Shown: positions 31,792 to 41,812 of the stretch, one piece after another
How the letters are laid out: each line of letters begins with the position of its first letter
Position numbering within the stretch: position 1 is the stretch's first letter
NCBI GenBank assembly: GCA_964588685.1
Contig: CAZPQG010000002.1
Span: forward strand, 35,481-99,480
Length of the DNA: 64,000 nucleotides
Direction of reading: 5' to 3'
From: an uncultured Pseudomonadales bacterium
Lineage (GTDB): Bacteria > Patescibacteriota > Microgenomatia > UBA1400 > PJMF01
The notes under the pieces: model-generated
The model's database searches: none
What the model was told of the DNA's origin: nothing
The model's input: the letters and a program-made list of their open reading frames with translations, nothing else
Made by a program: the position numbers and the translations under genes

Positions 31792-32831
31792 ATTCTAATT
31801 CAACATCAGTTATTGATGAACCATTAGCAACCAGAGACGGGTTTGGTCTTGGGTTAGTACAAGCCGCTCAAGTTAATCCGGCTGTCTTTGCCTTAACAGC
31901 TGATTTGACCAAATCTTTAAGAATGACTAAATTTAAAGAAAAATTTCCTGATCGGTTCGTACAAGTTGGTGTGGCTGAACAAAATTTAATCGGAACTGCG
32001 GCTGGTTTATCTTTAGCCGGAAAAATTCCTTTTGCAGCCAGTTTTGCTGTCTTTAGTCCAGCTCGAAGTTGGGATCAAATTAGATTGTCAGTAGCTTACA
32101 GTAATTTAAATGTAAAAATTGTTAGCTCTCATGCCGGATTAGCCACCGGCGCTGACGGGGCCTCGCACCAATCATTGGAAGATATTGGTTTGATGAGAGT
32201 TTTGCCTAACATGAAAGTGATTGAGCCTTGCGACGCTGAACAAGCCCGGCAAGTAGTACACGCTCTGGCGGCTGATCAAGGCCCAGCTTATTTAAGACTA
32301 ACCCGGCCGAAAGCACCTATTATTACTCAGCAACAAAAATTTGTTTTAGGGCAAGCTCAAGTTTTGTATCCCGACCCGGAAACAGAAAGTCAAAAGCGTG
32401 CTACAGTGAACAACAAACAAAAAGAAACAAATCGAACATCAGTTAATTATGAAGCAGTTATTATTGCTTGCGGCAGTATGGTGCATCAGGCTTTAAAGGC
32501 TGCCCGCCAACTAAAAAATGAAAATATTTCAGTACAAGTGATTAATATGCACACTATTAAGCCCCTTGACAAACAAGCTCTTATTGAAGCTGCTAAACAG
32601 GCAAAAATAATCCTCACGGCAGAAGATCATCAAATTAACGGCGGATTAGGTTCTGCAGCAGCAGAAGTGTTATTAACGTCACAAGAATTAATCTCGCCGC
32701 ATCAATTTAAATTCAGCATGATTGGAGTTAGAGATAAATTTGGAGAATCCGGCCGGCCCGAAGAGCTAAGAGAAAAATACGGCCTCAGCAGTGAAAAAAT
32801 TACACAAACGATTAAAAATTTGTTGGATTAA
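31788..32831 (+). CDS. Transketolase, C-terminal (pyrimidine-binding and C-terminal domain) subunit
   Basis: Transketolase Pyr domain and C-terminal domain pattern; 4-nt overlap with the upstream subunit. Confidence 0.8.
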   Translation: MNSNSTSVIDEPLATRDGFGLGLVQAAQVNPAVFALTADLTKSLRMTKFKEKFPDRFVQVGVAEQNLIGTAAGLSLAGKIPFAASFAVFSPARSWDQIRLSVAYSNLNVKIVSSHAGLATGADGASHQSLEDIGLMRVLPNMKVIEPCDAEQARQVVHALAADQGPAYLRLTRPKAPIITQQQKFVLGQAQVLYPDPETESQKRATVNNKQKETNRTSVNYEAVIIACGSMVHQALKAARQLKNENISVQVINMHTIKPLDKQALIEAAKQAKIILTAEDHQINGGLGSAAAEVLLTSQELISPHQFKFSMIGVRDKFGESGRPEELREKYGLSSEKITQTIKNLLD

Positions 32832-32891
32832 GAATACTTCTTGGGTTGCTTCATCAATATTTTTTCAGCTCTTAAACTACTCTGCTAGTCA

Positions 32892-33392
32892 TTATTTTTT
32901 TAAAAAATCGATGTTAATTTGCTCCACTTTCTCTTGATTATTGAGCTTAATACGAGCAAAAAAATTCTTTTGATGAGCAACTATATGGTCAAATAAATAA
33001 TGCAAATCATCTACCAACTCAAAATCTTGCGTCAATATTTCTTCAGGTTTCAGCCACAGAAATTTACCTTCTCGGCAATCTTTACCAGCCGGTATTTCAA
33101 AACCAGGAACCCGTACTTTAAAAAAAGCGACCAGCCAATCAACTGGATAACCACCGCTGATATGAGCCAAACCACAAAAAACAACCTTCTTTTTTTGAAT
33201 CTCAAATCCGGATTCCTCCTTAATTTCCCGCACTGCTGCCTGCACATATGTTTCATCAGACTCAACTTTGCCTCCCAAACCATTTAAGCGTTGCGCATCA
33301 ACTGCCGCCTCAGCAGAGCGTTGCAGCATTAAATATTTATGTTGGTGATAAAGAAAGACGGTCACTGCAGGCTGCAGCTTACGATTTGTCAT
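32892..33392 (-). CDS. NUDIX hydrolase
   Basis: Nudix box GGKVESDETYVQAAVREIKEESGF. Confidence 0.7.
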   Translation of the reverse strand: MTNRKLQPAVTVFLYHQHKYLMLQRSAEAAVDAQRLNGLGGKVESDETYVQAAVREIKEESGFEIQKKKVVFCGLAHISGGYPVDWLVAFFKVRVPGFEIPAGKDCREGKFLWLKPEEILTQDFELVDDLHYLFDHIVAHQKNFFARIKLNNQEKVEQINIDFLKK

Positions 33393-33449
33393 ATTAGAAT
33401 ATTTCTGATATTAAGATTAACACTTAAATCTTTAGCGCAAACAGCTTAA

Positions 33450-34298
33450 TCACTTTTGGCAGGAAGGGCAATAATATGTCCCTCGATTATTAATTTTAAT
33501 TTTTTTAACTTGACCGCCGCATTCATAGCATGGCTCACCCTCCCGGCCATAAACATATAACTTATCTTGAAATTGACCGGATAAACCATTAACGTCAACA
33601 AATTTATCATCGAAAGTAGTGCCGCCGTGTCTAACAGCCCGCTTCATTAATTTTTTAATAACGGTGACTAAAGTTTCTACTTCTTGTTTACTTAATTTTT
33701 GAGCAGATTTTTGAGGATCAATGCCGGCTAAAAACAATGCTTCTGAGGCATAAATATTACCAATGCCGCCCACAATCTTGCCAATCATGAGAGCTTGTTT
33801 AATAGCAATAGTTCTTCTTTGCAATTTTTCAAATAGATAATCGGGGGTGAATTCAGGATCAATAGCATCAGGGCCGTACTTATCAAATTCTTGTTTAATT
33901 TCTTTTTCCGTCAATACTTTTATCCAACCGAAAATTCTCATATCGTTAAAAAACAATTTCGCGTCAGATTTAAAAGTGATGATAACTCGAGTATGATCGC
34001 TGGGTAAATCCTTAACCCAATCAGCTGTGGGGTGGCCTCCACCTATCCTTAGGTCATTATTAATGAAAATTAATTGACCGGTCATTTTCAAATGAATCAG
34101 CAAATTATATTTTCCTGCTAAATTAATTTTAATTAATTTAGCTTTGCGCGAAACAGCATCAATGCTGTTGCCAACAATCTGTTGAGGCAATCCTTGAAAA
34201 CTCTTTTTTTTCAAAATTTTTACATCATCAATCACTTGCCCCACCAACAAGTCTTCCAAACGGGATTTAACTGTTTCTACTTCCGGTAATTCAGGCAT
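33450..34298 (-). CDS. mutM: Formamidopyrimidine-DNA glycosylase
   Basis: N-terminal MPELPEVE (catalytic Pro2 and Glu3), H2TH region, C-terminal zinc finger CYECG...CPSCQK. Confidence 0.8.
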   Translation of the reverse strand: MPELPEVETVKSRLEDLLVGQVIDDVKILKKKSFQGLPQQIVGNSIDAVSRKAKLIKINLAGKYNLLIHLKMTGQLIFINNDLRIGGGHPTADWVKDLPSDHTRVIITFKSDAKLFFNDMRIFGWIKVLTEKEIKQEFDKYGPDAIDPEFTPDYLFEKLQRRTIAIKQALMIGKIVGGIGNIYASEALFLAGIDPQKSAQKLSKQEVETLVTVIKKLMKRAVRHGGTTFDDKFVDVNGLSGQFQDKLYVYGREGEPCYECGGQVKKIKINNRGTYYCPSCQK

Positions 34299-34360
34299 AA
34301 TAATAAAATTAAAACCAATAATAAATTCTGCTCTTAAATTATTTAATTTGCTTATGAGGA

Positions 34361-37300
34361 TTAACTTATCCCTCTATGCTGGGGAGATTTAATTAAGCCG
34401 CACTCTTTATATTTTAAACCACTTCCGCAGGGGCAGGGGTCGTTGCGGCCTATCTTAGCTTTCTTATTGCCTTGTCCAGTTTGATTAACTGATCCAGCTT
34501 TTCGGAGGGCACTGGCTAAATCAGAAGATGAACCGTCCACTGACTGAGGTACAGTGGCTCCGGTTGGCGTTTGAGCATCAGCTACTTCTTTAGAAATCGG
34601 TTCATTCACATCTTCTTTTTGGAAATCAGCTCGATCTAACAACTGCTGCGCTGCTGTGGTTAATGTTCTTCGTCTGGAAGGCTGAACTCTAAAAATACGT
34701 CGCGCCACAGTTGATTCAATAGTGCTAATCAAATTATCAAACATTAAAAAAGCTTCTTTTTTGTATTCTGATAAAACCGTATCTTTATCGCCTCTTAACC
34801 AGATTCCCTCTTTTAAAGCTTGCATTTGATCTAAATGATCAATCCATTTTTCATCAATAGTTGACAAAATCACATAACGTTCTAAGCGGCGCATAGTTTC
34901 ATCAGGAAGCTTGCTTTCCTTAGCCTGATAAACGTCTTTTACTAAATTAAGAAGTTCTTGGTAAATATTTGCCTCATCCGATTGAGTCTGAGTTTGAAGT
35001 AATTTTTCTTCAATGCGCTGTTGAGAATTTTCGTCAAAGGGCACAATCTTAGCAAACTCATTTACTAAATCCTCAATGTCTTCTTCTGCCGCTGTCGAAT
35101 CGTCCGGCAAATACTGATTGTAGATTGCTTTAGTTTCATCTCGAATATACTCTAATATTTCATCTTTAACTGAAGCTGCCTTTGCATCAATTAAGTTATC
35201 AGGTTTGACAGTTGTCTCAGCAATACTTTCTTGTTTTTTTGCAGTCGTTGTTGCTTCGTCCTCATCCTTAGCTGGCTTTTCTTCAACTTCATGAGTGGAT
35301 AATTCTAGCAGTCGTCTTCTCCGTTGATAAATAATTTCTCGATGCTTATTCATAACATCATCAAAATCAACCAATCGTTTTCTTTGATCAAAAAAGAAAG
35401 TTTCTACTTTGACCTGCGCGGACTCAATAGACTTGCTAATCATTTTATTTTCGATCGGTTGGTCTTCTTCAATATTGAGAAAATCCATCACTTTTGAAAT
35501 CTTATCGCCTCCAAAAATACGCATAATCTCATCTTCCAAACTCACAAAAAATTGAGAAGCTCCCGGATCACCCAGCCTGCCTGAACGCCCTCGCAGCTGA
35601 TTATCAATCCGCCTTGCTTCGTGGCGTTCCGAACCAATCACAAATAAACCGCCCGCTGCAATCACTTCCTGATTACGCTTTTTCCACTTATTAAGCTCTT
35701 TTTGATATTTAGCCAAATCATAATTGGCCGGATTAATAGAAGGCGGTAGATCGATATCTTGATATTTTTCGGGTACGTCAATTTTTTTATCGGTCGGATT
35801 TTCTTTGCGAAAATCTTTTAATTCAGGCTTAGCGCCGCCTAAAATAATGTCTACTCCCCGGCCAGCAATGTTGGTAGCTACAGTAATAGCTCCTTTTTTA
35901 CCGGCATCAGCAATAATAAAAGCTTCTTTTTCATGATTCTTTGCATTTAAAATATTGTGTTTGACGCCTTTGCGCTGTAAAAAATTAGACACAATTTGAT
36001 TATTTTCAATAGAACGGGTTCCAATCAGAATTGGTTGACCGGTTTCATTAATTTTTTCTACCTTTTTTGCTATAGCGGAAAATTTAGCTGACTGAGTTTT
36101 ATAAATTACATCAGGTTTATCATCACGAATAATTGGTTTATAGGTCGGAATAGCTACAACATCTGTCTCATAAATTTGATTAAACTCATCAGCTTCTGTA
36201 ACAGCAGTACCGGTCATGCCGGACAACTTGTCATACATTCTAAAATAATTCTGAATGGAAATAGTGGCCAATGTTTTTGACTCTTGTTGAATTGGTACGC
36301 CTTCTTTAGCTTCAATCGCTTGATGCAAGCTGTCACTGTAGCGGCGGCCATACATTAAACGTCCGGTATGTTCATCCACAATAATAACTTCATTGTCACG
36401 CACAATATATTCTTTATCTCTTTGAAAAACAGCCATGGCTTTTAAAGCAGTTTCAATATGATGAATCACTGAAAAATCTTCTTCATAAAGATTGTCAACT
36501 CCTAATTTTTTTTCCAATCTTTTAACACCTAAATCCGTTAACATCGCCGTTTTAGCTTTTTCATCAATTTTATAATCATGATCTTTAGAAAGAGTCTTCA
36601 CTAATTTGGCATATTCATAATATTTATCAGTTGGTTCAGTATCAGGAGCGGAAATAATTAAAGGGGTTCGGGCTTCGTCAATTAAAATAGAGTCTGCCTC
36701 ATCAATAATGGCAAAGTGGTGGGCAAAGTCACGACGCTGGGCTAATTTATCCAGCGACTGCACCATGTTGTCGCGCAAATAATCAAACCCAAATTCATTA
36801 TTAGTGCCGTAAGTAATGTCAGCTAAATAAGCTTCCTGTCTGGTTATATTTTGAAAATGTTCCAACCGCTCATCGCCTCTGGACTCACTGTCAATATCAG
36901 GATTGTAAAGTTTAGATTCATCATGAACAATAACAGCTGCCGAAACATTTAAAAAATCATAAATCGGACCCATCCAGCCCACACCAATCTCGGCTAGATA
37001 ATCATTAACAGTCACTAAATGACAGCCTTTGCCTAATAAAGAATTTAAATAGAGGGGACAAGTGACAGTTAAAGTTTTACCTTCACCAGTTTTTTGCTCG
37101 GTAATCATACTATTGTGAATAGCTATGCCGGCTAAAAGCTGCACATCAAAATGACGCATGCCCGTGATACGCCGTGATACCTCCCTTACAGTGGCAAAGG
37201 CTTCAGGTAAAAGGTCATCTAAAATTTCCTTTTCAGCAGCTTTCTCTTCTTCAATGGTTTGAGGATTAATTGTTGCTAATTGTTTTTTAATTCTTTTTTT

Positions 37301-37444
37301 AAACTTATCAGTTTGAGCCGTCAGCTCTTCATCAGTTAATTTTCTGATAGATGGTTCCAAAGCATTAATTTCATCAACAATAGCCTGATATTGATTAAGG
37401 TAACGCTGGTTTGTATCAAAAATATTTTGTACGAATTTAAGCAT
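34361..37444 (-). CDS. secA: Preprotein translocase ATPase SecA
   Basis: DEAD motor (GEGKT Walker A, DEADS-like), PPXD, and a C-terminal zinc-binding tail CPCGSG..C. Confidence 0.9.
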   Translation of the reverse strand: MLKFVQNIFDTNQRYLNQYQAIVDEINALEPSIRKLTDEELTAQTDKFKKRIKKQLATINPQTIEEEKAAEKEILDDLLPEAFATVREVSRRITGMRHFDVQLLAGIAIHNSMITEQKTGEGKTLTVTCPLYLNSLLGKGCHLVTVNDYLAEIGVGWMGPIYDFLNVSAAVIVHDESKLYNPDIDSESRGDERLEHFQNITRQEAYLADITYGTNNEFGFDYLRDNMVQSLDKLAQRRDFAHHFAIIDEADSILIDEARTPLIISAPDTEPTDKYYEYAKLVKTLSKDHDYKIDEKAKTAMLTDLGVKRLEKKLGVDNLYEEDFSVIHHIETALKAMAVFQRDKEYIVRDNEVIIVDEHTGRLMYGRRYSDSLHQAIEAKEGVPIQQESKTLATISIQNYFRMYDKLSGMTGTAVTEADEFNQIYETDVVAIPTYKPIIRDDKPDVIYKTQSAKFSAIAKKVEKINETGQPILIGTRSIENNQIVSNFLQRKGVKHNILNAKNHEKEAFIIADAGKKGAITVATNIAGRGVDIILGGAKPELKDFRKENPTDKKIDVPEKYQDIDLPPSINPANYDLAKYQKELNKWKKRNQEVIAAGGLFVIGSERHEARRIDNQLRGRSGRLGDPGASQFFVSLEDEIMRIFGGDKISKVMDFLNIEEDQPIENKMISKSIESAQVKVETFFFDQRKRLVDFDDVMNKHREIIYQRRRRLLELSTHEVEEKPAKDEDEATTTAKKQESIAETTVKPDNLIDAKAASVKDEILEYIRDETKAIYNQYLPDDSTAAEEDIEDLVNEFAKIVPFDENSQQRIEEKLLQTQTQSDEANIYQELLNLVKDVYQAKESKLPDETMRRLERYVILSTIDEKWIDHLDQMQALKEGIWLRGDKDTVLSEYKKEAFLMFDNLISTIESTVARRIFRVQPSRRRTLTTAAQQLLDRADFQKEDVNEPISKEVADAQTPTGATVPQSVDGSSSDLASALRKAGSVNQTGQGNKKAKIGRNDPCPCGSGLKYKECGLIKSPQHRGIS

Positions 37445-37688
37445 AATAAATTAAAAATTAATCTTATTAAGTTTAGCTGATGTTAATAGATTCTGAGAGA
37501 GGGCCCTCAGCATTTTGTCCGTTAAATATAGACCAGAGACTTGCCAAGACAACCTCAAATTTTAACTTTTTGCCTTGTTCTCTTGTTCGATAATAGAACT
37601 ATATATTATCACATAAAAAGCAAAAGATGAAAACAGATAACTCCCAAACAGGAGCGCTGTTGCTAAGACAAAAACTACTGGAAAATTT

Positions 37689-38942
37689 TTATAAATACTT
37701 TTGTAAAATTTTTGGAATTTTTACTGTTCCATCCGCCTGTTGGCAATTTTCCACAATAGCAGCCAATAAGCGGGGCGTTGCTAAAACCGTATTATTTAAA
37801 GAATAAGCAAATTTCGTCTGACCATCTTTAGCTTGATATTTAATTTTTAAACGTCTTGTTTGAAAATCATGAAAAGAACTTGCGCTGTGAGTCTCTCGAT
37901 AACAATTTTGTGACGGAAACCAAGTTTCTAAATCATACTTTTTATGCTGACCAGCACCCATGTCACCGCTGCTCATTAAAACCATTTGATATGGCAGACC
38001 CAATTGCTGCAGTAGTTCTTCTGAAAAGCTAATCATTTTTTTATGCCAGCGGCTCGAAGCTTCTTGATCGGCCTTGGTTAAAACCACTTGTTCCACTTTA
38101 TTAAACTGATGAACTCTAATAACGCCTTGCGTGTCTTTGCCGTGAGCGCCAACTTCTCTACGATAACAAGGCGATAACCCTGCCAACTTAATCGGCAAGT
38201 CATCTTCAACCAAAGTTTCATTCATATAATAAGAAGTCAAAGCTACTTCAGCCGTGCCTGTTAAATATTTATTGTCCTGGGTTTGATAATGATCTTCCTT
38301 ACCCCAAGGAAAAAAGCCGGTGCCAATCAACGCCGCTTGCTTTACCATAACCGGCACAGTCATGGCTGTAAAACCTTGATCTACCATATAATCTAAAGCT
38401 AAACGCAAAATAGCTTGTTCTAACAACACTGCTTTATTTTTTAAAAAGTAAGAACGAAAGCCACCAATCTTAACTCCTCTTTCTGTGTCCAGCCAATCTA
38501 ATTGCTCCATAATTTGATCATGGGGGAGAGGAGTAAAATCAAACTGCGGTAGTTCGCCAACTTGCTTCATAATTTTATTGCCTGACTCATCAGCGCTTAT
38601 CGGCACGTCATCGGCAGGAATATTAGGAATTTGCAACATTAACTGCTCAAACTCTTGCTGTACTTCTTTAAACTCAGGTTCAACTTTTTTTAATTCATTT
38701 TTAAGCTGACGACCTTTTTCAATCAATTCCTCATCCGGTTTTGAGCCTTGGTGCACCTGCTTTTCTACCTGTTCGGCATTATTGTTAATGCGGCGTCTAA
38801 TCTCATCTACCTGTTGTTTTAAAAAGCGTCGCTTCTGATCTATCTCTAATAAATCATCCACCACTTGCGGCTCTAATTGTTTATCTTGACAAGCCTGTTT
38901 AACTACTCCCGGATTATTTCTAATAAAATTAAGATCAAGCAT
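37689..38942 (-). CDS. serS: Seryl-tRNA synthetase
   Basis: N-terminal coiled coil and class II motifs (FRSE-type motif 2, GSGLAxGR-type region). Confidence 0.85.
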   Translation of the reverse strand: MLDLNFIRNNPGVVKQACQDKQLEPQVVDDLLEIDQKRRFLKQQVDEIRRRINNNAEQVEKQVHQGSKPDEELIEKGRQLKNELKKVEPEFKEVQQEFEQLMLQIPNIPADDVPISADESGNKIMKQVGELPQFDFTPLPHDQIMEQLDWLDTERGVKIGGFRSYFLKNKAVLLEQAILRLALDYMVDQGFTAMTVPVMVKQAALIGTGFFPWGKEDHYQTQDNKYLTGTAEVALTSYYMNETLVEDDLPIKLAGLSPCYRREVGAHGKDTQGVIRVHQFNKVEQVVLTKADQEASSRWHKKMISFSEELLQQLGLPYQMVLMSSGDMGAGQHKKYDLETWFPSQNCYRETHSASSFHDFQTRRLKIKYQAKDGQTKFAYSLNNTVLATPRLLAAIVENCQQADGTVKIPKILQKYL

Positions 38943-38960
38943 ATCTAATTACATCAATAA

Positions 38961-41081
38961 TTAAGTGTTATTTTTTTGGATAAAGAGATCAATCAAAAAT
39001 TCTAAATGTTCATCTGCATCTTCCTCAATTAAGTCAAAACCTTTATTAATATCGTCTCTGCTGATGTTAGCAGCAAACGACTTATCGCCCAATTTCTTTT
39101 TAACTTTGCTTGGCTTCATACCCACAAAATCTTTGGGCCTCATCAGAGAATAGGCATATAAAAACCCACTTAATTCATCGCAAGCAAAAAGATAACGATC
39201 AAGCATTGCGCTGGGCTCAACTTTGGTCCTCAAAGGGGCATGAGCTCTCACGGCTTCAATAAGTTCTAAGGGATAATCAGTTAACAACTCTTCGGCTGCC
39301 TTTAACGGGTGCTCATCCGGATATTTTTCCCAATCTAAATCATGCAATAAGCCGGTTTGATACCATAATTCCGGATTTTGTCCTAGTTTCTCAGCATAAG
39401 CTGCTAAAGCTTGAGCAGTCATCAAACAGTGGTGTCTTAAATTTTTATTTTTTATATATTGATGCATTAATTTTGTAGATTCCTCTCGAGTAGGAAGCTC
39501 GACTGCAGCTGAAGCAGCGGCGGTGTTACTAGAGCCAGCTTGCGCATCCTCCTTCTGTTTAACTGCCTTCTCTTGCCCTTGATCAGTTTTTTGATTATTG
39601 ATTTTTTCCGGCTGACGAGGAGCTTGTTGTGAAAACTCAGGTTTTAAAGTTGGAAATGCAATTACTTCTTTAATTGACCAAGTATTAGTTAAAAACATTA
39701 CTAACCGATCAATGCCCATGCCTATTCCTCCTAAAGGCGGCAGGCCGTATTCTAAAGCTCTTAAAAAATCTTCATCAGTCGGATGAGCCTCTTCGTCTCC
39801 GGCTCTCATCTGCTGCTGTTCATTTTTAAAAAGATTTCTCTGATCAATCGGATCTACTACCTCGCTCCAGCCGTCAGCTAACTCTTTGCCGCCGACATAG
39901 GCTTCAAAGCGTTCACAATACCAATCATCTTCGCGGTGAACTTTAGCCAGCGGGCTGACATCACGAGGATAATCAATAATCCATACCGGTTGAATTAATT
40001 TATCTGTGACTAATTTGTCAAACAAATTAAACATTGCTTTGCCACGACTATAACCGCCCGGCAAGTCAATTTCATGTTCAGTTAAAAGTTGTTTGACGGC
40101 TTGATCATCCAACTGTTTAAAATCAATCTCAGCAAACTCTTGCAAAGCATCAATCATCTTAATACGCGGCCAGCTGCCGCTTAAGTCAATACTTGTTTCA
40201 CCGACCATTATTTCATGACTGCCATGAATAACCTGCGTCAGCTCTTGAATCATTTCTTCAGCTATATCCATCATAGTATGATAATCAGCGTAAGCCTGAT
40301 ACCATTCAATCATAGTAAATTCAGGCTGGTGAGTTTGGTCAATACCTTCATTTCTAAAATTACGGGCAATTTCAAAAATCCGTTCATAACCACCTACAAT
40401 CAATCTTTTTAAATATAATTCCGGGGCAATTCGCAAATAAAAATCACTGTCCAAGGCATTCATATTGGTGGAAAACGGACGGGCATTAGTGCCGCCGTAT
40501 ATAGCCTGTAGGACAGGTGTTTCCACTTCAGTGTAATTGTGTTTTTCCTGTAAAAATCGACGCATTTCTTTGAGTATTTTCCAGCGCGTATCTAAAATTT
40601 GGCGGACATCGTCATTAATCAAAATATCTACATATCTTTGACGAAACCGCACCTCTTTATCTTCTGCTGCATTCCATTCAGTCGGAATTGGCCGCAAAGC
40701 TTTGCCTAAAAACTTAAATTTTTCTGCTTGAATAGTTAATTCACCCGCCTTTGTTTTAATGACTTCTCCGCTTACTCCTAGAAAGTCTCCCGGATCTATA
40801 TGCTGCAAAAGTTCAAATTGTTTTTTTGACAACTCGTCTTGGCGAAGCATTACCTGTATAACAGCTGTCGAATCTTTAAGATCTAAAAAAACTACCTTAC
40901 CGTGTGGTCGTTTCGCCATGATTCGACCTGAAGTTTTGGCTTGACCACCCACACCAGTTCCAATAAGCTCTTCAATAGTTTGTTGTTTATCAAAGCTATA
41001 GGGATGAATATCAACGCCTTGATCTTGCAAAGCTTTCCGCTTTTGGATTTTAGCTTTAATAGCAGATTCTAATCTTGACAT
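38961..41081 (-). CDS. lysS: Lysyl-tRNA synthetase (class II) fused to a C-terminal HD-domain phosphohydrolase
   Basis: Residues ~1-480 carry LysRS motifs (FRNEG, GGIGMGIDRL). They are followed by a Q/K-rich linker and an HD core LRHH...LLHDLD (roughly 38961..39550). Confidence 0.85.
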   Translation of the reverse strand: MSRLESAIKAKIQKRKALQDQGVDIHPYSFDKQQTIEELIGTGVGGQAKTSGRIMAKRPHGKVVFLDLKDSTAVIQVMLRQDELSKKQFELLQHIDPGDFLGVSGEVIKTKAGELTIQAEKFKFLGKALRPIPTEWNAAEDKEVRFRQRYVDILINDDVRQILDTRWKILKEMRRFLQEKHNYTEVETPVLQAIYGGTNARPFSTNMNALDSDFYLRIAPELYLKRLIVGGYERIFEIARNFRNEGIDQTHQPEFTMIEWYQAYADYHTMMDIAEEMIQELTQVIHGSHEIMVGETSIDLSGSWPRIKMIDALQEFAEIDFKQLDDQAVKQLLTEHEIDLPGGYSRGKAMFNLFDKLVTDKLIQPVWIIDYPRDVSPLAKVHREDDWYCERFEAYVGGKELADGWSEVVDPIDQRNLFKNEQQQMRAGDEEAHPTDEDFLRALEYGLPPLGGIGMGIDRLVMFLTNTWSIKEVIAFPTLKPEFSQQAPRQPEKINNQKTDQGQEKAVKQKEDAQAGSSNTAAASAAVELPTREESTKLMHQYIKNKNLRHHCLMTAQALAAYAEKLGQNPELWYQTGLLHDLDWEKYPDEHPLKAAEELLTDYPLELIEAVRAHAPLRTKVEPSAMLDRYLFACDELSGFLYAYSLMRPKDFVGMKPSKVKKKLGDKSFAANISRDDINKGFDLIEEDADEHLEFLIDLFIQKNNT

Positions 41082-41188
41082 GAAGAATAATGAGAAATAA
41101 ATAAAATTTTAAAAACTCAACCGCAAAAATCTTAATACAAACTGCAATTATTGCTGCACTGCTTATTGCTTCGTTTGTTCAATAATTT

Positions 41189-41665
41189 TTATTCAACCTT
41201 TTTAATAATATATACAATTTCTCCCGACGGAGCCGAAACTGTAACTTCGTCTCCTTCTTTTTTATCAAGCAACGCTTTTCCCAATGGAGAGACAACAGAA
41301 ATTTTACCCTCTTCCACATTACCTTCAAATTCTCCCACAATGGTAATTTTTTTCTTATTATTTTTATTATTTTTAGGATAAGTTGTTACCTTGCTGCCAA
41401 CGCCAATTTTGGTCTTGCTGCGCGTTTTATTAACAACTTCAGCTCTCTTTAATACTTCTTCGATTTCAGCTATTCTGGCATCAATAATGTCTTTTTCTTC
41501 TTTAGCATTTTGATACTCTGTGTTTTCACTTAGATCCCCCTTATCGCGAGCCTTTGAAATTTTTTCAACCACCTCAGGCAGCTTCTCGTCCACAAGTTCT
41601 TTAAGCTCTGCTTGTAGGTCCTCATAGCCCTCTTTAGTTAATTGAATTTTATTTTTTGTTGGCAT
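41189..41665 (-). CDS. greA: Transcription elongation factor GreA
   Basis: Coiled-coil N-domain with acidic tip and FKBP-like C-domain consensus. Confidence 0.85.
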   Translation of the reverse strand: MPTKNKIQLTKEGYEDLQAELKELVDEKLPEVVEKISKARDKGDLSENTEYQNAKEEKDIIDARIAEIEEVLKRAEVVNKTRSKTKIGVGSKVTTYPKNNKNNKKKITIVGEFEGNVEEGKISVVSPLGKALLDKKEGDEVTVSAPSGEIVYIIKKVE

Positions 41666-41812
41666 AATGTTGGATAGTATAGTAAAAAAAAGAAAAAAGT
41701 CAAAATTTTATGAGGAAAAATAAATTTTTCAAAGCCAACTAGCTGCTGAATTTCAAACAACTAGCTCTCGATAAATTCAGTTTAATTTTTTATAAACCGC
41801 CATTTAGCTTTC

